Positions 46,705 to 56,775 are shown, counted from the stretch's first letter. The stretch: DNA of 64,000 nt from an uncultured Gammaproteobacteria bacterium (GCA_964510885.1 CAZEDL010000001.1:312982-376981); one strand, 5' to 3'. Notes: a model not told the origin generated them from the sequence alone. A program made the numbers and translations.

Positions 46705-48180
46705 CTACTCCCCCACTCGATAATTCGGTGCCGAACGCATTTCGCGCAAATCATGCGGGTGACTCTCTTTGAGACCGGCATTACTGATTTTAACGAGTAC
46801 TGCTTTCTGATGTAGTTCTTTTATCGTAGCGGCACCGACATACCCCATACCACTGCGGAGACCGCCGGCGAGTTGGTACAGAATCCGATCAACAGGTCCT
46901 TTATAGGCCACACGGCCGCTCACGCCCTCGGGAACAAATTTAGTTTTTTCTTTGACTTCGGCCTGGCCATAGCGATCTTTACTGCCACGCTCCATAGCTT
47001 CCATGCTGCCCATGCCGCGGTAGACTTTGAACATGCGGCCATCAATATATTCTACGCGGCCAGGTGATTCATCGGTACCGGCAAACATGTTGCCCATCAT
47101 CACCGTGTCGGCACCGGCAGCGAGCGCCTTCACAATATCACCAGACGTTTTTATTCCTCCGTCAGCGATAATAAGCGGATGTTTTTTTGTTTTTTTAAAT
47201 GCTGCAGCCACATCAAGAACGGCTGAAAGTTGCGGCACCCCGACTCCGGCTATAATACGCGTGGTACAGATAGAACCCGGGCCAATGCCTACTTTTACCG
47301 CATCGGCGCCAGCGGCGGCAAGGGCGAGAGCTGCAGTGCCGGTGGCGATATTACCTGCGATAATAGCCTGATCTTTGTAGGCTTTACGCAGGCGTTTCAC
47401 GGCGTTTATTACTCCACTCGAATGCCCATGGGCGGTATCTACGACCAGCACATCAACCCCGGCTCGAATGAGCGCTTCGGCCCGCTCAAAACCCGCATCG
47501 CCTACCCCGACTGCGGCACCGACCCGCAATTGCTTGGCAACGTTCTTGGCAGCGTCTGGATAGAGCTCGTTTTTTTCCATGTCTTTACGGGTCACGATGC
47601 TGACTAATTTTCCGGCCGTGTCGACAATACACAGGGTCTTGAGTTTATTTTTACGGATCATGGCATTCGCTTCCTCTAGGCGCATACCTGCTTGACCAAC
47701 TATTAATTCAGCGACGCTTTGCATCCGGAATTTGACCATAAGGTCGTTATCGTCTGGAGCAAAATAATCAACATCACTAATAAGACCGACGAGAACACCC
47801 TTACTATCTACCACGGGAATTTTCTTATAACCCTGCTCGGTGCGTAATTGCTGTACAAGGCTAATTTTATCTTCTGGTTTGACCGTGACGGGATTTTCAA
47901 TAAAGCCGTTTTCAAAACGCTTGACGCGCTGCACTTCGAGCACCTGTTCATCGATTGAAAGATTTTTATGAATAATGCCCATGCCACCAGCCAAGGCAAG
48001 TGCGATAGCCATTTTGTGCTCGGTAACGGTATCCATAGGTGCACTTAAAAAGGGCAATTGCAGCTTGATATCTGGCGTGAGCCAGGTCGCGAGCTCGGTG
48101 TCTTTGGGCAATAGATCAGAGGCTTGGGGCACGAGCAAGACATCGTCAAAGGTGAGCGTTTCTTGGAGAGGGGTAAACAT
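46705..48180 (-). CDS. guaB: IMP dehydrogenase with CBS pair
   Basis: [40 protein letters not shown]. Confidence 0.98.
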   Translation of the reverse strand: MFTPLQETLTFDDVLLVPQASDLLPKDTELATWLTPDIKLQLPFLSAPMDTVTEHKMAIALALAGGMGIIHKNLSIDEQVLEVQRVKRFENGFIENPVTVKPEDKISLVQQLRTEQGYKKIPVVDSKGVLVGLISDVDYFAPDDNDLMVKFRMQSVAELIVGQAGMRLEEANAMIRKNKLKTLCIVDTAGKLVSIVTRKDMEKNELYPDAAKNVAKQLRVGAAVGVGDAGFERAEALIRAGVDVLVVDTAHGHSSGVINAVKRLRKAYKDQAIIAGNIATGTAALALAAAGADAVKVGIGPGSICTTRIIAGVGVPQLSAVLDVAAAFKKTKKHPLIIADGGIKTSGDIVKALAAGADTVMMGNMFAGTDESPGRVEYIDGRMFKVYRGMGSMEAMERGSKDRYGQAEVKEKTKFVPEGVSGRVAYKGPVDRILYQLAGGLRSGMGYVGAATIKELHQKAVLVKISNAGLKESHPHDLREMRSAPNYRVGE

Positions 48181-48191
48181 ATTTTGAAAAG

Positions 48192-48651
48192 TTCTAAGTA
48201 ACCTAATTTCTAATGTCTAATATAATGTCCAATGTTAATTTTATTATCCTTTATTTTTTGAATTCTTTATGATTGTTATGAAAATTAAGTTTAATTCATG
48301 CGCTTCTTTCCATAACATTCGAGCCTTGACTATCTGTTCAGGTACTGCTCTACCAATCATACGCAACCAGTGTTTTGACTCTTTAGCTTCTTTATTGCAA
48401 ATTCCCATTTTATGCTCAAAATCTTTCTTGCTTTCGGCACAATCAGCTTCACAATAATTGGCTCCTACTGCTGTAGCTGCACGTACTCATTGATTTATAA
48501 TCGGTCCAGTTAAATCCGATTTGGGCAATAATTTTATAAAATCAATCACTGCTTCCCCAAAAGCTGCTGTTCTCTCTTCCAAATCATACTTTTTTGGAAA
48601 TTCCTCCTTAGACATTTTATTAGAAATTAGGCCTTAGGTGAATTAGAAATT
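48192..48651. mobile_element. Periodic (nnnCTAA) inverted repeats enclosing a four-helix-bundle gene
   Basis: Left TTCTAA GTAACCTAA TTTCTAA TGTCTAA TATAATGTCCAA against the reverse complement of the right arm TTCTAA TTCACCTAA GGCCTAA TTTCTAA TAAAATGTCTAA (33/41 by hand). Confidence 0.65.
48244..48615 (-). pseudogene. Four-helix-bundle (23S rRNA IVP / TIGR02436-like) protein with in-frame TGA at codon 43
   Basis: MSKEEFPKKYDLEERTAAFGEAVIDF...PIINQ*VRAATAVGANYCEADCAESKKDFEHKMGICNKEAKESKHWLRMI...EAHELNLIF; the stop is at 48487-48489. Confidence 0.85.
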
Positions 48652-48700
48652 TTATACGGTTGTGCTATAGTATACTTGACTTTTAGCTAAAAAGACAACT

Positions 48701-50536
48701 ATGGAAGCCTCTAAAAATGAAATTGCAATTCTCGACTTTGGATCACAGTATACCCACCTCATTGCCCGGCGGATCAGAGAATTAGGAGTGGTTTCACACA
48801 TTTATCCGACCGATATAGCGGCCAAAAACCTTAAAAACGTAGTCGGCATTATTCTCTCGGGGGGGCCAAAAAGTGTCGTACGGGAAGAGACTCTCCCCTA
48901 TGACAAAGATATTTTTGATCTCGGAATTCCGATCTTGGGGCTCTGCTATGGCCACCAACTCATGGCCATGCATTTTGGTGGAGTGGTCGGAGCGGGTAGT
49001 GCTCGGGAATACGGGCAAGCCGAGCTAACGGTACAGGCTTCACCCATCTTCAAGAATATCCCTAAGCGCTCAACGGTGTGGATGAGTCATGGCGATCATG
49101 TATCGGTCGTCCCGCCGGGTTGGCAGGCTATTGCGGATAGTGGCGGCGAGGCAGTGGCGGCCATGGAATACTCCGAAAAAAAATGGTACGGATTCCAATT
49201 TCATCCGGAGGTGTATCACTCCGCGCACGGGAAAAAGATGTTAAGTAATTTTGTGTTTGATATCTGCGGAGCCAGCAAGAATTGGGATTCCAAAACGCAA
49301 CTGAAAACGGTAAGTGAAGAAATTAAACAGGCCGCGGGAGATAAAAATGTCTTTTTACTGGTGAGTGGAGGCGTGGATTCTACGGTCTGTTTCGCACTCC
49401 TTGAAAAAATACTGGGCAAGAATCGGGTGTACGGTTTGCATGTAGATAGTGGCCTCATGCGTCTTGATGAGAGTAAGAAAATTACTCGGGCTCTAAAACA
49501 AACTGGCTTTTCTAACTTACACGTTTATCACGCAGAAAAAGAATTTTTAAATCGACTAAAAGGAATTATTGAACCAGAACAAAAAAGAAAAATCATTGGC
49601 GACACCTTCCTCGACATCGTGGATCGGGTGATGAAAGAAAAAAACATGGATTCTGGTGGATGGCTCGTTGGCCAAGGCACCATTTACCCCGATACGATTG
49701 AATCCGGAGGAACCAAACATGCGGTGGTGATCAAAACTCACCACAACCGCGTGCCACGGATCCAGCAGATGATTGCGGAGGGAAAAATTATTGAACCGCT
49801 GAAAGAGTTATACAAAGATGAGGTGCGGGCAATTGGGCGCCAGCTTAAGCTACCAAAAGAATTAATTGAGCGGCATCCGTTCCCGGGGCCAGGACTGGGG
49901 ATTCGGATTTTGTGTTCAAAGGGGTCGAAAGAGAGAGCTACACCTATTGAAGGTGATAGATTCCCGCTGCTACGCGGGAATGACACTGAGGATAGTAATA
50001 CACTCTATTCCCTACCAATTAAATCCGTCGGTGTGCAGGGTGACGAACGATCGTATTCGCATCCAGCCATTATTATTGGGAACAGTCTGGCCGAAGAGAA
50101 AAAAATCTGGAAGACCATTCACACTCTAGCACCAGCTATTACCAATCAACATCATGAAGTGAATCGCGTGATGCTGCCTGTGCTGGGAGACAGAAAAAAA
50201 ATCTTGACATCGCGTGTGCATGCGGCAACCCTGACTAAAAAGCGAATTGCACTATTACAAAAAATCGATGCTATCGTGCATCGTTATGTGCTGGCAGCTA
50301 AATCATGTAGCCACATTTGGCAATTGCCGGTGGTGTTGGTGCCGTTTGGTTATAAGCACAGAGAATCAATCGTGCTCCGACCATTTCAATCCGAAGAAGT
50401 GATGACCGCTTCGTTTGCCCTGATCCCATGGCCAGTACTCAAAAAAATTCTGGCAGCGATTGCGAGGCTGAAAGCAGTTGATTTTGTGTTTTATGATGTG
50501 ACGAATAAGCCTCCTGGTACTATTGAATGGGAATAA
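48701..50536 (+). CDS. guaA: GMP synthase (glutamine-hydrolysing)
   Basis: LDFGSQY, GLCYG, FHPE, SGGVDS, IKTHHN, HPFPGPGL, KPPGTIEWE. Confidence 0.98.
   Translation: MEASKNEIAILDFGSQYTHLIARRIRELGVVSHIYPTDIAAKNLKNVVGIILSGGPKSVVREETLPYDKDIFDLGIPILGLCYGHQLMAMHFGGVVGAGSAREYGQAELTVQASPIFKNIPKRSTVWMSHGDHVSVVPPGWQAIADSGGEAVAAMEYSEKKWYGFQFHPEVYHSAHGKKMLSNFVFDICGASKNWDSKTQLKTVSEEIKQAAGDKNVFLLVSGGVDSTVCFALLEKILGKNRVYGLHVDSGLMRLDESKKITRALKQTGFSNLHVYHAEKEFLNRLKGIIEPEQKRKIIGDTFLDIVDRVMKEKNMDSGGWLVGQGTIYPDTIESGGTKHAVVIKTHHNRVPRIQQMIAEGKIIEPLKELYKDEVRAIGRQLKLPKELIERHPFPGPGLGIRILCSKGSKERATPIEGDRFPLLRGNDTEDSNTLYSLPIKSVGVQGDERSYSHPAIIIGNSLAEEKKIWKTIHTLAPAITNQHHEVNRVMLPVLGDRKKILTSRVHAATLTKKRIALLQKIDAIVHRYVLAAKSCSHIWQLPVVLVPFGYKHRESIVLRPFQSEEVMTASFALIPWPVLKKILAAIARLKAVDFVFYDVTNKPPGTIEWE
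49957..49985. repeat. Single arm of the TGTCA...TGACA element inside guaA
   Basis: TAGATTCCCGCTGCTACGCGGGAATGACA, translated RFPLLRGND; matches the right arm at 1021-1046. Confidence 0.75.
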
Positions 50537-50538
50537 TG

Positions 50539-50568
50539 AAAAAAACCTGCGACAGACGCAGGTTTTTT
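50539..50568. terminator. Bidirectional terminator
   Basis: AAAAAACCTGCG-ACAGA-CGCAGGTTTTTT between convergent genes. Confidence 0.85.
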
Positions 50569-50572
50569 AGTA

Positions 50573-52042
50573 TCAGCCATAGGGCAGATCGGCCGGTGGT
50601 TCGTCGGCAGGAGCAACCGCTGGTGGCGGAGAGGATGGCACCGATGGCAACTTTCGTTTGAGCGGGCCTTCGCTGTGCTCCACAGGGAGTTCGGTCGGCG
50701 GCTCGGCACGTTTGGCACCAGCCTTCTGCAGAAGCGGTGTCTTGACGAACGGTAGTGGGAAGTGCCAAATGGTTGCTAATTCTTCGATATTTAAAATATA
50801 CGGATTCCCGAGAGCCTTTAATTTACGGCCTTTAAAGGCATGGATAAAATGATGCTTGTGATGGGCCAACCGGCGTTCTTTAAAGAGATAGTACGCCTCG
50901 GTCGTATGGTGCGGCAAAATGGCATTACTACTCATGACATGGAACTGGTTCATGGCACCCACCAAGCCATCGATTGACGGGCCGGGATTAAATACTTCGC
51001 GGCGGGCCGCATACAAGATGCGGATTTTTGATTTAAAGCCGATTTTAGAAATTTTTTGTTCAATGGCTTCTACGGTAGCTTTAAATCCGGGCGATAGATC
51101 GCTTAATTTACCAGCATGCTCTTCTTCGTGTCCACCATGATCATCCTCGCCTTCACCGCCAACCAAATTTGCTAAAATAAATTTTAATATCTCAAACGGC
51201 AGGTGCAAAATTTTAATCAGCCATTCAGACACGAACCCACCTCCGCCATGCCCTCCGTGTCCGCCATGTCCACCGGCGTGGCCACCGCCGGCGATGATCT
51301 CTTTCACCAGATCTATCCCCTTTTCTTTCCAAGCATTACCGGTCGGCTCAATGATGATCTGCATCCAGACATTTTCACCATGGCCAACGCGGCTGAAATT
51401 TTCGAGAATAGCGGCCATCGGGTCGCTAAACACTGCATCTTTACTCAGGTTATATTCAAAACTCGGATAGGTGCGGATCGGAAATGCGTCCGGCTCGTGG
51501 AGCGCAAACTCTACTGCAAACATGTCATAATCCGGATGCGGGTAATGATCAGGAATATTATCTACATAGTCTTCGACTTCGGTGATTTCCGCTTCGGTGT
51601 ACTGCGCATAGACAGCTGCTTCCACCAAATCACGGAATTCAGCTTCAGTGCGAATCAAAAATTGAATATAGCCCTCGATGCTGATAATCTCGAAACTGAA
51701 GGATTTTTGTTTTTTACCGAGCCAGTATTTTTGACCAATATTAGGGCTTACTTTGGCGCCGCTCAAATGCGCAAAAATTTGCTCCACGGCTTTTGGGGTT
51801 TGGATAAACATAGCGGGCACATCCACTGCGAGCAATACCCAGCGCCATTTTTTCTTATATTTTTTTCCCCGATATTCCCGCCATAATTCTGAACCCATGT
51901 AAAAAAATACCAAGGCCATGGCTGTCCAGCCAACAATGGAAAAAATTATGGTCACAAGCTCGGCCGGCGGCAATGACAAAATATCCTGCCAGACAGACAG
52001 ATCGAGACTGAAACCGAGCGGAGTGTCGATGATCCAGGGCAT
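50573..52042 (-). CDS. Membrane protein paralogous to the N-terminal domain of the VirD4-like ATPase
   Basis: Shares FEI, AQYxxAEIxxxxDY, FPxxTY, DPxxAIL and NxEExAxxWHxP with 18051-20612; no Walker motifs. Confidence 0.8.
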   Translation of the reverse strand: MPWIIDTPLGFSLDLSVWQDILSLPPAELVTIIFSIVGWTAMALVFFYMGSELWREYRGKKYKKKWRWVLLAVDVPAMFIQTPKAVEQIFAHLSGAKVSPNIGQKYWLGKKQKSFSFEIISIEGYIQFLIRTEAEFRDLVEAAVYAQYTEAEITEVEDYVDNIPDHYPHPDYDMFAVEFALHEPDAFPIRTYPSFEYNLSKDAVFSDPMAAILENFSRVGHGENVWMQIIIEPTGNAWKEKGIDLVKEIIAGGGHAGGHGGHGGHGGGGFVSEWLIKILHLPFEILKFILANLVGGEGEDDHGGHEEEHAGKLSDLSPGFKATVEAIEQKISKIGFKSKIRILYAARREVFNPGPSIDGLVGAMNQFHVMSSNAILPHHTTEAYYLFKERRLAHHKHHFIHAFKGRKLKALGNPYILNIEELATIWHFPLPFVKTPLLQKAGAKRAEPPTELPVEHSEGPLKRKLPSVPSSPPPAVAPADEPPADLPYG

Positions 52043-52069
52043 ATGTGGGCATTACCTCCCTAAGTTCGC

Positions 52070-52231
52070 TTATTTATCAATAATACGATATACCCCACCG
52101 TACACTATCAGAATGCCGCCAGCAGTCCACCACCAGCCGTATTGGCCAGAAAAATAGCCGCTGACATAGGCCATGAGGCAAATACTGGCAGCGATGAAGG
52201 CTACCATATGGCGGATAAAATTATCGGTCAT
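52070..52231 (-). CDS. Small 53-aa two-TM membrane protein
   Basis: Manual translation MTDNFIRHMVAFIAASICLMAYVSGYFSGQYGWWWTAGGILIVYGGVYRIIDK*. Confidence 0.6.
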   Translation of the reverse strand: MTDNFIRHMVAFIAASICLMAYVSGYFSGQYGWWWTAGGILIVYGGVYRIIDK

Positions 52232-52324
52232 ATGAAGTTACACAGAAAGCAAATGTCAGGAGTTACGTAGTTTTTATTTTTATCAGTATACCATTTTTAG
52301 AGAAAAAAATGAACAGGGTAATTA

Positions 52325-52352
52325 AAAAATCTTGCTGAGGAGCAAGATTTTT
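52325..52352 (-). terminator. Terminator after secF
   Basis: AAAAATCTTGCT-GAGG-AGCAAGATTTTT. Confidence 0.8.
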
Positions 52353-52366
52353 TGTGATTTTAACCG

Positions 52367-53272
52367 TTATTTTTTTCCCCACCGCTCGGCCATTACTACC
52401 AAGGGGCTAGCAATAAAGATTGATGAATAGGCGCCGCTCGCCATACCAATCAGAAGCGCCAGGGCAAAATTATGGATGGTCGAGCCGCCGAGGAAATAGA
52501 GGGCAAATAGCGGCAAAAGTACAGTGAAAGTGGTGTTGAGTGAACGCATCAGAGTTTCATTCAAACCGTTATTCACAATCTCTGGGAAGTTGTCTGCACT
52601 ATGGCGAGTCAGATTTTCGCGGATACGGTCGTATACTACGATCGTATCGTTGACCGAATATCCAAGTACGGTCAAAATGGCCACAATAAACGCGATGTCA
52701 ATTTCTACCCCTTTAAAATGGCCAAGGGCTGCAAAGATACCAAGCACAAGCAGCACATCATGCACCAGCGCCACAATGGCAAAGACGCCGTATTTCCAGC
52801 TAGCAACGGGGCGCGATACCTTGCGGAAGGCATAGGCCAAATAGAGGATAATGCTGACATTAACGAGAATAATAGCCCACAGCGAACGTTCCCGGAGTTG
52901 TTTACTCACGGCTGCACCAATGGTCTGAAAACTGTCTTCTTTTACAGCCACCTCTTTGGTCTGGAATTGATCGCGAATGGCTTTAAGCACCGTTTGATGC
53001 TCTTCTTCGCTGAGGAAACTGGTGCGGACAATAAGCCCAGCATCACCCGTTTTTTGAATGATACGTTCTTTGAGCCCTAATTTATCGAAGACTTGTTCTA
53101 CGGCGGTGACTTCGGGGCGATTTTTACTAAATGATACTTCGAGCAAGGATCCACCGGTAAAATCGATGCCTGGCTTGAGACCCCAGACAATAATGGCGGC
53201 GAGTGAAGCTACCATGGTAAGGGCAGCAATACTCAACCAAACTTTGCTATAACGAATAAAAGGAATCTTCAT
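52367..53272 (-). CDS. secF: Protein translocase subunit SecF
   Basis: GIDFTGG, ALVHD, GYSVNDTIVVYDRIRE, RSLNT. Confidence 0.97.
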   Translation of the reverse strand: MKIPFIRYSKVWLSIAALTMVASLAAIIVWGLKPGIDFTGGSLLEVSFSKNRPEVTAVEQVFDKLGLKERIIQKTGDAGLIVRTSFLSEEEHQTVLKAIRDQFQTKEVAVKEDSFQTIGAAVSKQLRERSLWAIILVNVSIILYLAYAFRKVSRPVASWKYGVFAIVALVHDVLLVLGIFAALGHFKGVEIDIAFIVAILTVLGYSVNDTIVVYDRIRENLTRHSADNFPEIVNNGLNETLMRSLNTTFTVLLPLFALYFLGGSTIHNFALALLIGMASGAYSSIFIASPLVVMAERWGKK

Positions 53273-53273
53273 A

Positions 53274-55325
53274 TTATTGTTTCCGGTAGCCTAAGAATAA
53301 GGAATTTCCGCGTTGACCGACGTGGACAAATACCAACCGCATAATGGTGCGGGTGACACTAATAGCAGTGAACAAGTTAATCAACGTACCGACGGCTAAA
53401 ATCACGGCAAAACCCTGAATAAAGCCGCTACCAAACCAGACTAAGAATACGCAGCTAATAAGGGCGGTAATATGACTATCTCGAATCGAGGGCCAAGAAC
53501 GGGCAAATGATTCTTCGGTGCTGGAGTTTAGTAGTTTTCCCGCTTGGAGCTCTTCTTTAAGACGTTCAAATACTAGGATATTAGCATCGACAGCCATACC
53601 AATCGAGAGGATAAACCCGGCAATACCGGCCAGGGTCATTGTGACACCGATCAGCTTGAAGACAGCTAAACTGAGAATAGCATAGAAAGCCAAAGAGAAG
53701 ACCGAGAGCAGGCCCGGCAAACGGTAGTAGATAACCATGAATAACATGACCAGCAGAAGCCCGTAGATACCAGCGCGGAAACTTTTTTGGAGCGAATCAA
53801 CACCAAGAGTCGCATCAACGGTTTGCTGACTGATCAATTCTACCGGCACTGGCAAGGCGCCTGAATTCAAGCGCTGTGCCAAGAGTTTGGCATCTTTCAG
53901 GCTAAAGCCACCGGAAATCACGGCGCTGCCGGTGTTGATCGCTTCGTTCACTATCGGGGCGCTGATTGGCTGGCCATCGAGGAAGACGGCGATCGGCTTG
54001 CCGACATTGCGGCCGGTGATCTCACTAAAGAGTTTGGCGCCTTCGTCGTTAAAATTCAGACTGACCTGGATTTGGCCGCTGCGCTGATCTTCGGTTACTT
54101 CGGCACGTTTCAATTGTTTGCCCGATAGACCGGTAGATTTCCACTGGTCAACCGGTGGGACAATATCAGTTTTGGTTTTGGTTTTAATGAAGAGATTGGC
54201 AATCTGAATCTGATCGGCCACCGCTTCATCAGTTTTATAAATCAAATGATAACCAAATTCAGTTTCAACTGGCTCGGAAATGGTGCCAACTTTCTGCGGC
54301 CAAACTACGGCTTCAAAGGCTTTCACCATTGCACCTTGTTTAAAGGTACCAAGGCTACCGCCGGTATTAGCCGCGCCTGGTTCGGTAGAATATTTTTTGA
54401 CTAGTTCTACAAAATTCTTTGGAGTGGCTTCTTTGCGGATTTCTTGAATCTTGGCGAGGGCTTGTTCTTTGGTATAGCTACTGCCTTCACAGCGAGTGGC
54501 GCCTTTGTAGCAGAGGAGCAAATGCGAAGCCGTCACGGTTTTTTCTCCGGCTTGCACGGCGAGGCGGCGCACGATATTCAAACCACTCACGGTTTTAATA
54601 GTAGTCGCGCTAACTTCACCATCTTTAAGGGTTTTGGCTGAGGCATAGAGCTCGGGGTAGACATCGGCGCTAATAAAACCGAGGTCGCCGGCTTTATCTT
54701 TGGTGGTGGTATCTTCGGAATACTTAGCTACAGCTTCAGAGTATGACATCCCTTTTTTAATCGCTTGGAGCGCGGTAGTGGCTTTTTGCTCAGCGGCTTT
54801 ATTGAAATCCGTCAGTTGTTTTTGTTCAGCGGCAGTCAGCTCGCGCGGGGCAGCGGTATTTTCTTCTTTAAATTCAAGGATCGGGGTTTCGCCAATACTC
54901 TTGATGGCTTCATTGACATCGGTGACGCCTGGCAACTCCACGATCACGCGATAGGCGCCGGCAACTTTCGTAGTTTGAACCAGTGGTTCGGCCACACCAA
55001 GGCCGCCACGGACGCGGCGTTCGATCACATCACGCACGCCTTCTACGGAATTAGCGCGGTCAGCTTCGGGAATATTGGTGGTGTTGGCTTCGTAGACGAG
55101 GTGAGCACCGCCTTGCAAATCAAGGCCGAGGTTGTAACCTTTTTCGGGAAAGCGGGGTAGGCCGAGATTGGTGGTTTGGTTAACTTTATCAATCGCCCGA
55201 TTGGCATAGTGCGGGGCAGCAATAATGCCGCAGAGCGCAAACAACAGGATGATTCCAGCCATGCGCCAGCGCAGCTGGGAGCGGGTAATTACTTTACGCG
55301 TGGGCAGTGGTTTTCGAATAGCCAT
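53274..55325 (-). CDS. secD: Protein translocase subunit SecD with inserted parvulin PPIase domains
   Basis: LGLDLQGG, GALPVP, IGMAVDANILVFER; insert with KYSED...GDLGFI and ASHLL...GGSLG...ETEFGYHLI. Confidence 0.95.
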   Translation of the reverse strand: MAIRKPLPTRKVITRSQLRWRMAGIILLFALCGIIAAPHYANRAIDKVNQTTNLGLPRFPEKGYNLGLDLQGGAHLVYEANTTNIPEADRANSVEGVRDVIERRVRGGLGVAEPLVQTTKVAGAYRVIVELPGVTDVNEAIKSIGETPILEFKEENTAAPRELTAAEQKQLTDFNKAAEQKATTALQAIKKGMSYSEAVAKYSEDTTTKDKAGDLGFISADVYPELYASAKTLKDGEVSATTIKTVSGLNIVRRLAVQAGEKTVTASHLLLCYKGATRCEGSSYTKEQALAKIQEIRKEATPKNFVELVKKYSTEPGAANTGGSLGTFKQGAMVKAFEAVVWPQKVGTISEPVETEFGYHLIYKTDEAVADQIQIANLFIKTKTKTDIVPPVDQWKSTGLSGKQLKRAEVTEDQRSGQIQVSLNFNDEGAKLFSEITGRNVGKPIAVFLDGQPISAPIVNEAINTGSAVISGGFSLKDAKLLAQRLNSGALPVPVELISQQTVDATLGVDSLQKSFRAGIYGLLLVMLFMVIYYRLPGLLSVFSLAFYAILSLAVFKLIGVTMTLAGIAGFILSIGMAVDANILVFERLKEELQAGKLLNSSTEESFARSWPSIRDSHITALISCVFLVWFGSGFIQGFAVILAVGTLINLFTAISVTRTIMRLVFVHVGQRGNSLFLGYRKQ

Positions 55326-55440
55326 AGCAGGAAATATCTAAAAAATATAAGGAAATTAAAGCTGCGGAGATGATAGCGAGTTTTGATTGGTTTGACAAGT
55401 GGACAAGGGGGAAATTTTTGTTGAATTTTGTTAACTACTA

Positions 55441-55513
55441 TTGACAAATTCTGTGATATATGCTAGTGTCTGGCCTAACCAGGCGTTCAACGTAGCCTGG
55501 GGAGATCAAGTCA
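55441..55513 (+). promoter_or_regulatory. Promoter + hairpin + SD leader (copy A)
   Basis: TTGACA-17-TAGTGT, then CCAGGC-GTTCAACGTA-GCCTGG, then GGAG. Confidence 0.7.
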
Positions 55514-55813
55514 ATGAACAAGAATCAACAGAGGTGCATCTCTATCTCTTTTCCCGTCTCCTTTTCGTTGGCGGCGATGCTGGCAGCGGTGATTGGGATG
55601 GCGGCATTCTTCCTTCACTTCCGGCAGCAGCCGCAGTCGGGCCCACAGAACACCATTGAGTTCTGCAGCCCTGCCTACGCCTGTGTGGCTGGCTGCTCCG
55701 ATGCCGATCGCAAGGCAGGCAAGGACTGCTGCGACGCACCCACCCAGGATACCAAGGACAGCAAGGCGGGCAAGAAGGCGGCCAAGAAGGAAGCCGAGAA
55801 GAAGGGCGGCTAA
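55514..55813 (+). CDS. GC-rich Cys/Lys-rich membrane-anchored orphan
   Basis: N-terminal hydrophobic helix, five Cys in the C-terminal part, Lys-rich tail; promoter, SD and terminator present. Confidence 0.65.
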   Translation: MNKNQQRCISISFPVSFSLAAMLAAVIGMAAFFLHFRQQPQSGPQNTIEFCSPAYACVAGCSDADRKAGKDCCDAPTQDTKDSKAGKKAAKKEAEKKGG

Positions 55814-55942
55814 CTTCCCTACCCACCACCAGACACCCCACAACCCACTGAGACTCAGTGCGGCAAATAGAAGAATCCCCAACTGTCTTTATCTAGTAAT
55901 TATTTTAATAGGTAAAGACAGGGATTACTTCTAAAGTAAGTG

Positions 55943-55975
55943 AATAACTCTGCTATATAGCGGGGTTATTTTTTT
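55943..55975 (+). terminator. Intrinsic terminator
   Basis: AATAACTCTGCTA-TA-TAGCGGGGTTATTTTTTT. Confidence 0.7.
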
Positions 55976-55995
55976 ATACATTTTGTAAATTAAAC

Positions 55996-56067
55996 TTGAC
56001 AAATTTTTAAATATGTGCTAGCTTCATCACAAGCTAGGCCCTTCAATTTGCCTAGTGGAGGACAACC
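55996..56067 (+). promoter_or_regulatory. Promoter + hairpin + SD leader (copy B)
   Basis: TTGACA-17-TAGCTT, then CTAGGC-CCTTCAATTT-GCCTAG, then GGAGG. Confidence 0.7.
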
Positions 56068-56655
56068 ATGAAGCTGCCCCTTCTCTACGCCATCACCACC
56101 CCCCTGATCCTCTTGGGTGCGTCGTGCGGAACGGTCACCACCAACCCCCTCGACCTGCGTCCAACCTACTACCAGTGGGTGTCGCGGTGCCAGCTGGAGG
56201 GTGGCGCGCCACCCCCGACGGGCCCCAAGGACGTCAACGATACGGCCACCATGGCCAAGGCCAAGTACACGGCTGTCTACGCCGTGACACACCTCCAGCC
56301 GCAGAACTGCGCCGAGGCGCTGGCTGACCCGAACGCCCTGCTCCTGTGCGCTGATGGCGCGCAGAACTATACCCTCAAGGAGGGAGGGGATCCCAACAAG
56401 GCAGCGGACTGGATCCCCAACCCCAATGCCCCCTACCGCATCTGCCAACCTGGGGTCATCAGCCCGGCCCTGCTGGGCGATGGGCTCCACGACTTCAGTG
56501 GAAGCGGCCCGACCTGGACCCAGAAAGGGGGCCAATCCCAGATCGTGGCCAGCAAGGTGCCCAGCCCAGTCGGCTACGCCGGGATCAATGGGCAGAACGC
56601 CGCCGAGGCGCTCCTGCAGATCAGCCGTATCACCGGCGTCTACGCCACCAAGTAG
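56068..56655 (+). CDS. GC-rich orphan lipoprotein
   Basis: Lipobox LLGASC; 27 of the first 31 codons end in G/C; SD GGAGG. Confidence 0.75.
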   Translation: MKLPLLYAITTPLILLGASCGTVTTNPLDLRPTYYQWVSRCQLEGGAPPPTGPKDVNDTATMAKAKYTAVYAVTHLQPQNCAEALADPNALLLCADGAQNYTLKEGGDPNKAADWIPNPNAPYRICQPGVISPALLGDGLHDFSGSGPTWTQKGGQSQIVASKVPSPVGYAGINGQNAAEALLQISRITGVYATK

Positions 56656-56775
56656 CGCCCCCAACCCCTGCCCCATCCCGATCCGCATCGGGACAGCGTG
56701 GCCCGAATCAATCCCCTGCCTTTCGTTCTCTAGTAGTTAGCTAGTAGCGAGCGAAAGGGGTTGACTTCGAGAGAA

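Noticed and set aside
48487-48489. TGA recoding (genetic code 25 or selenocysteine) in the four-helix-bundle gene
   Set aside because: All long genes translate without internal TGA, purE ends in TGA, and the position corresponds to Leu rather than Gly or Cys.
48244-48615. Diversity-generating retroelement (Avd-like gene)
   Set aside because: No reverse transcriptase and no TR/VR pair with adenine-specific mismatches; the giant-gene repeats differ mainly at synonymous sites.
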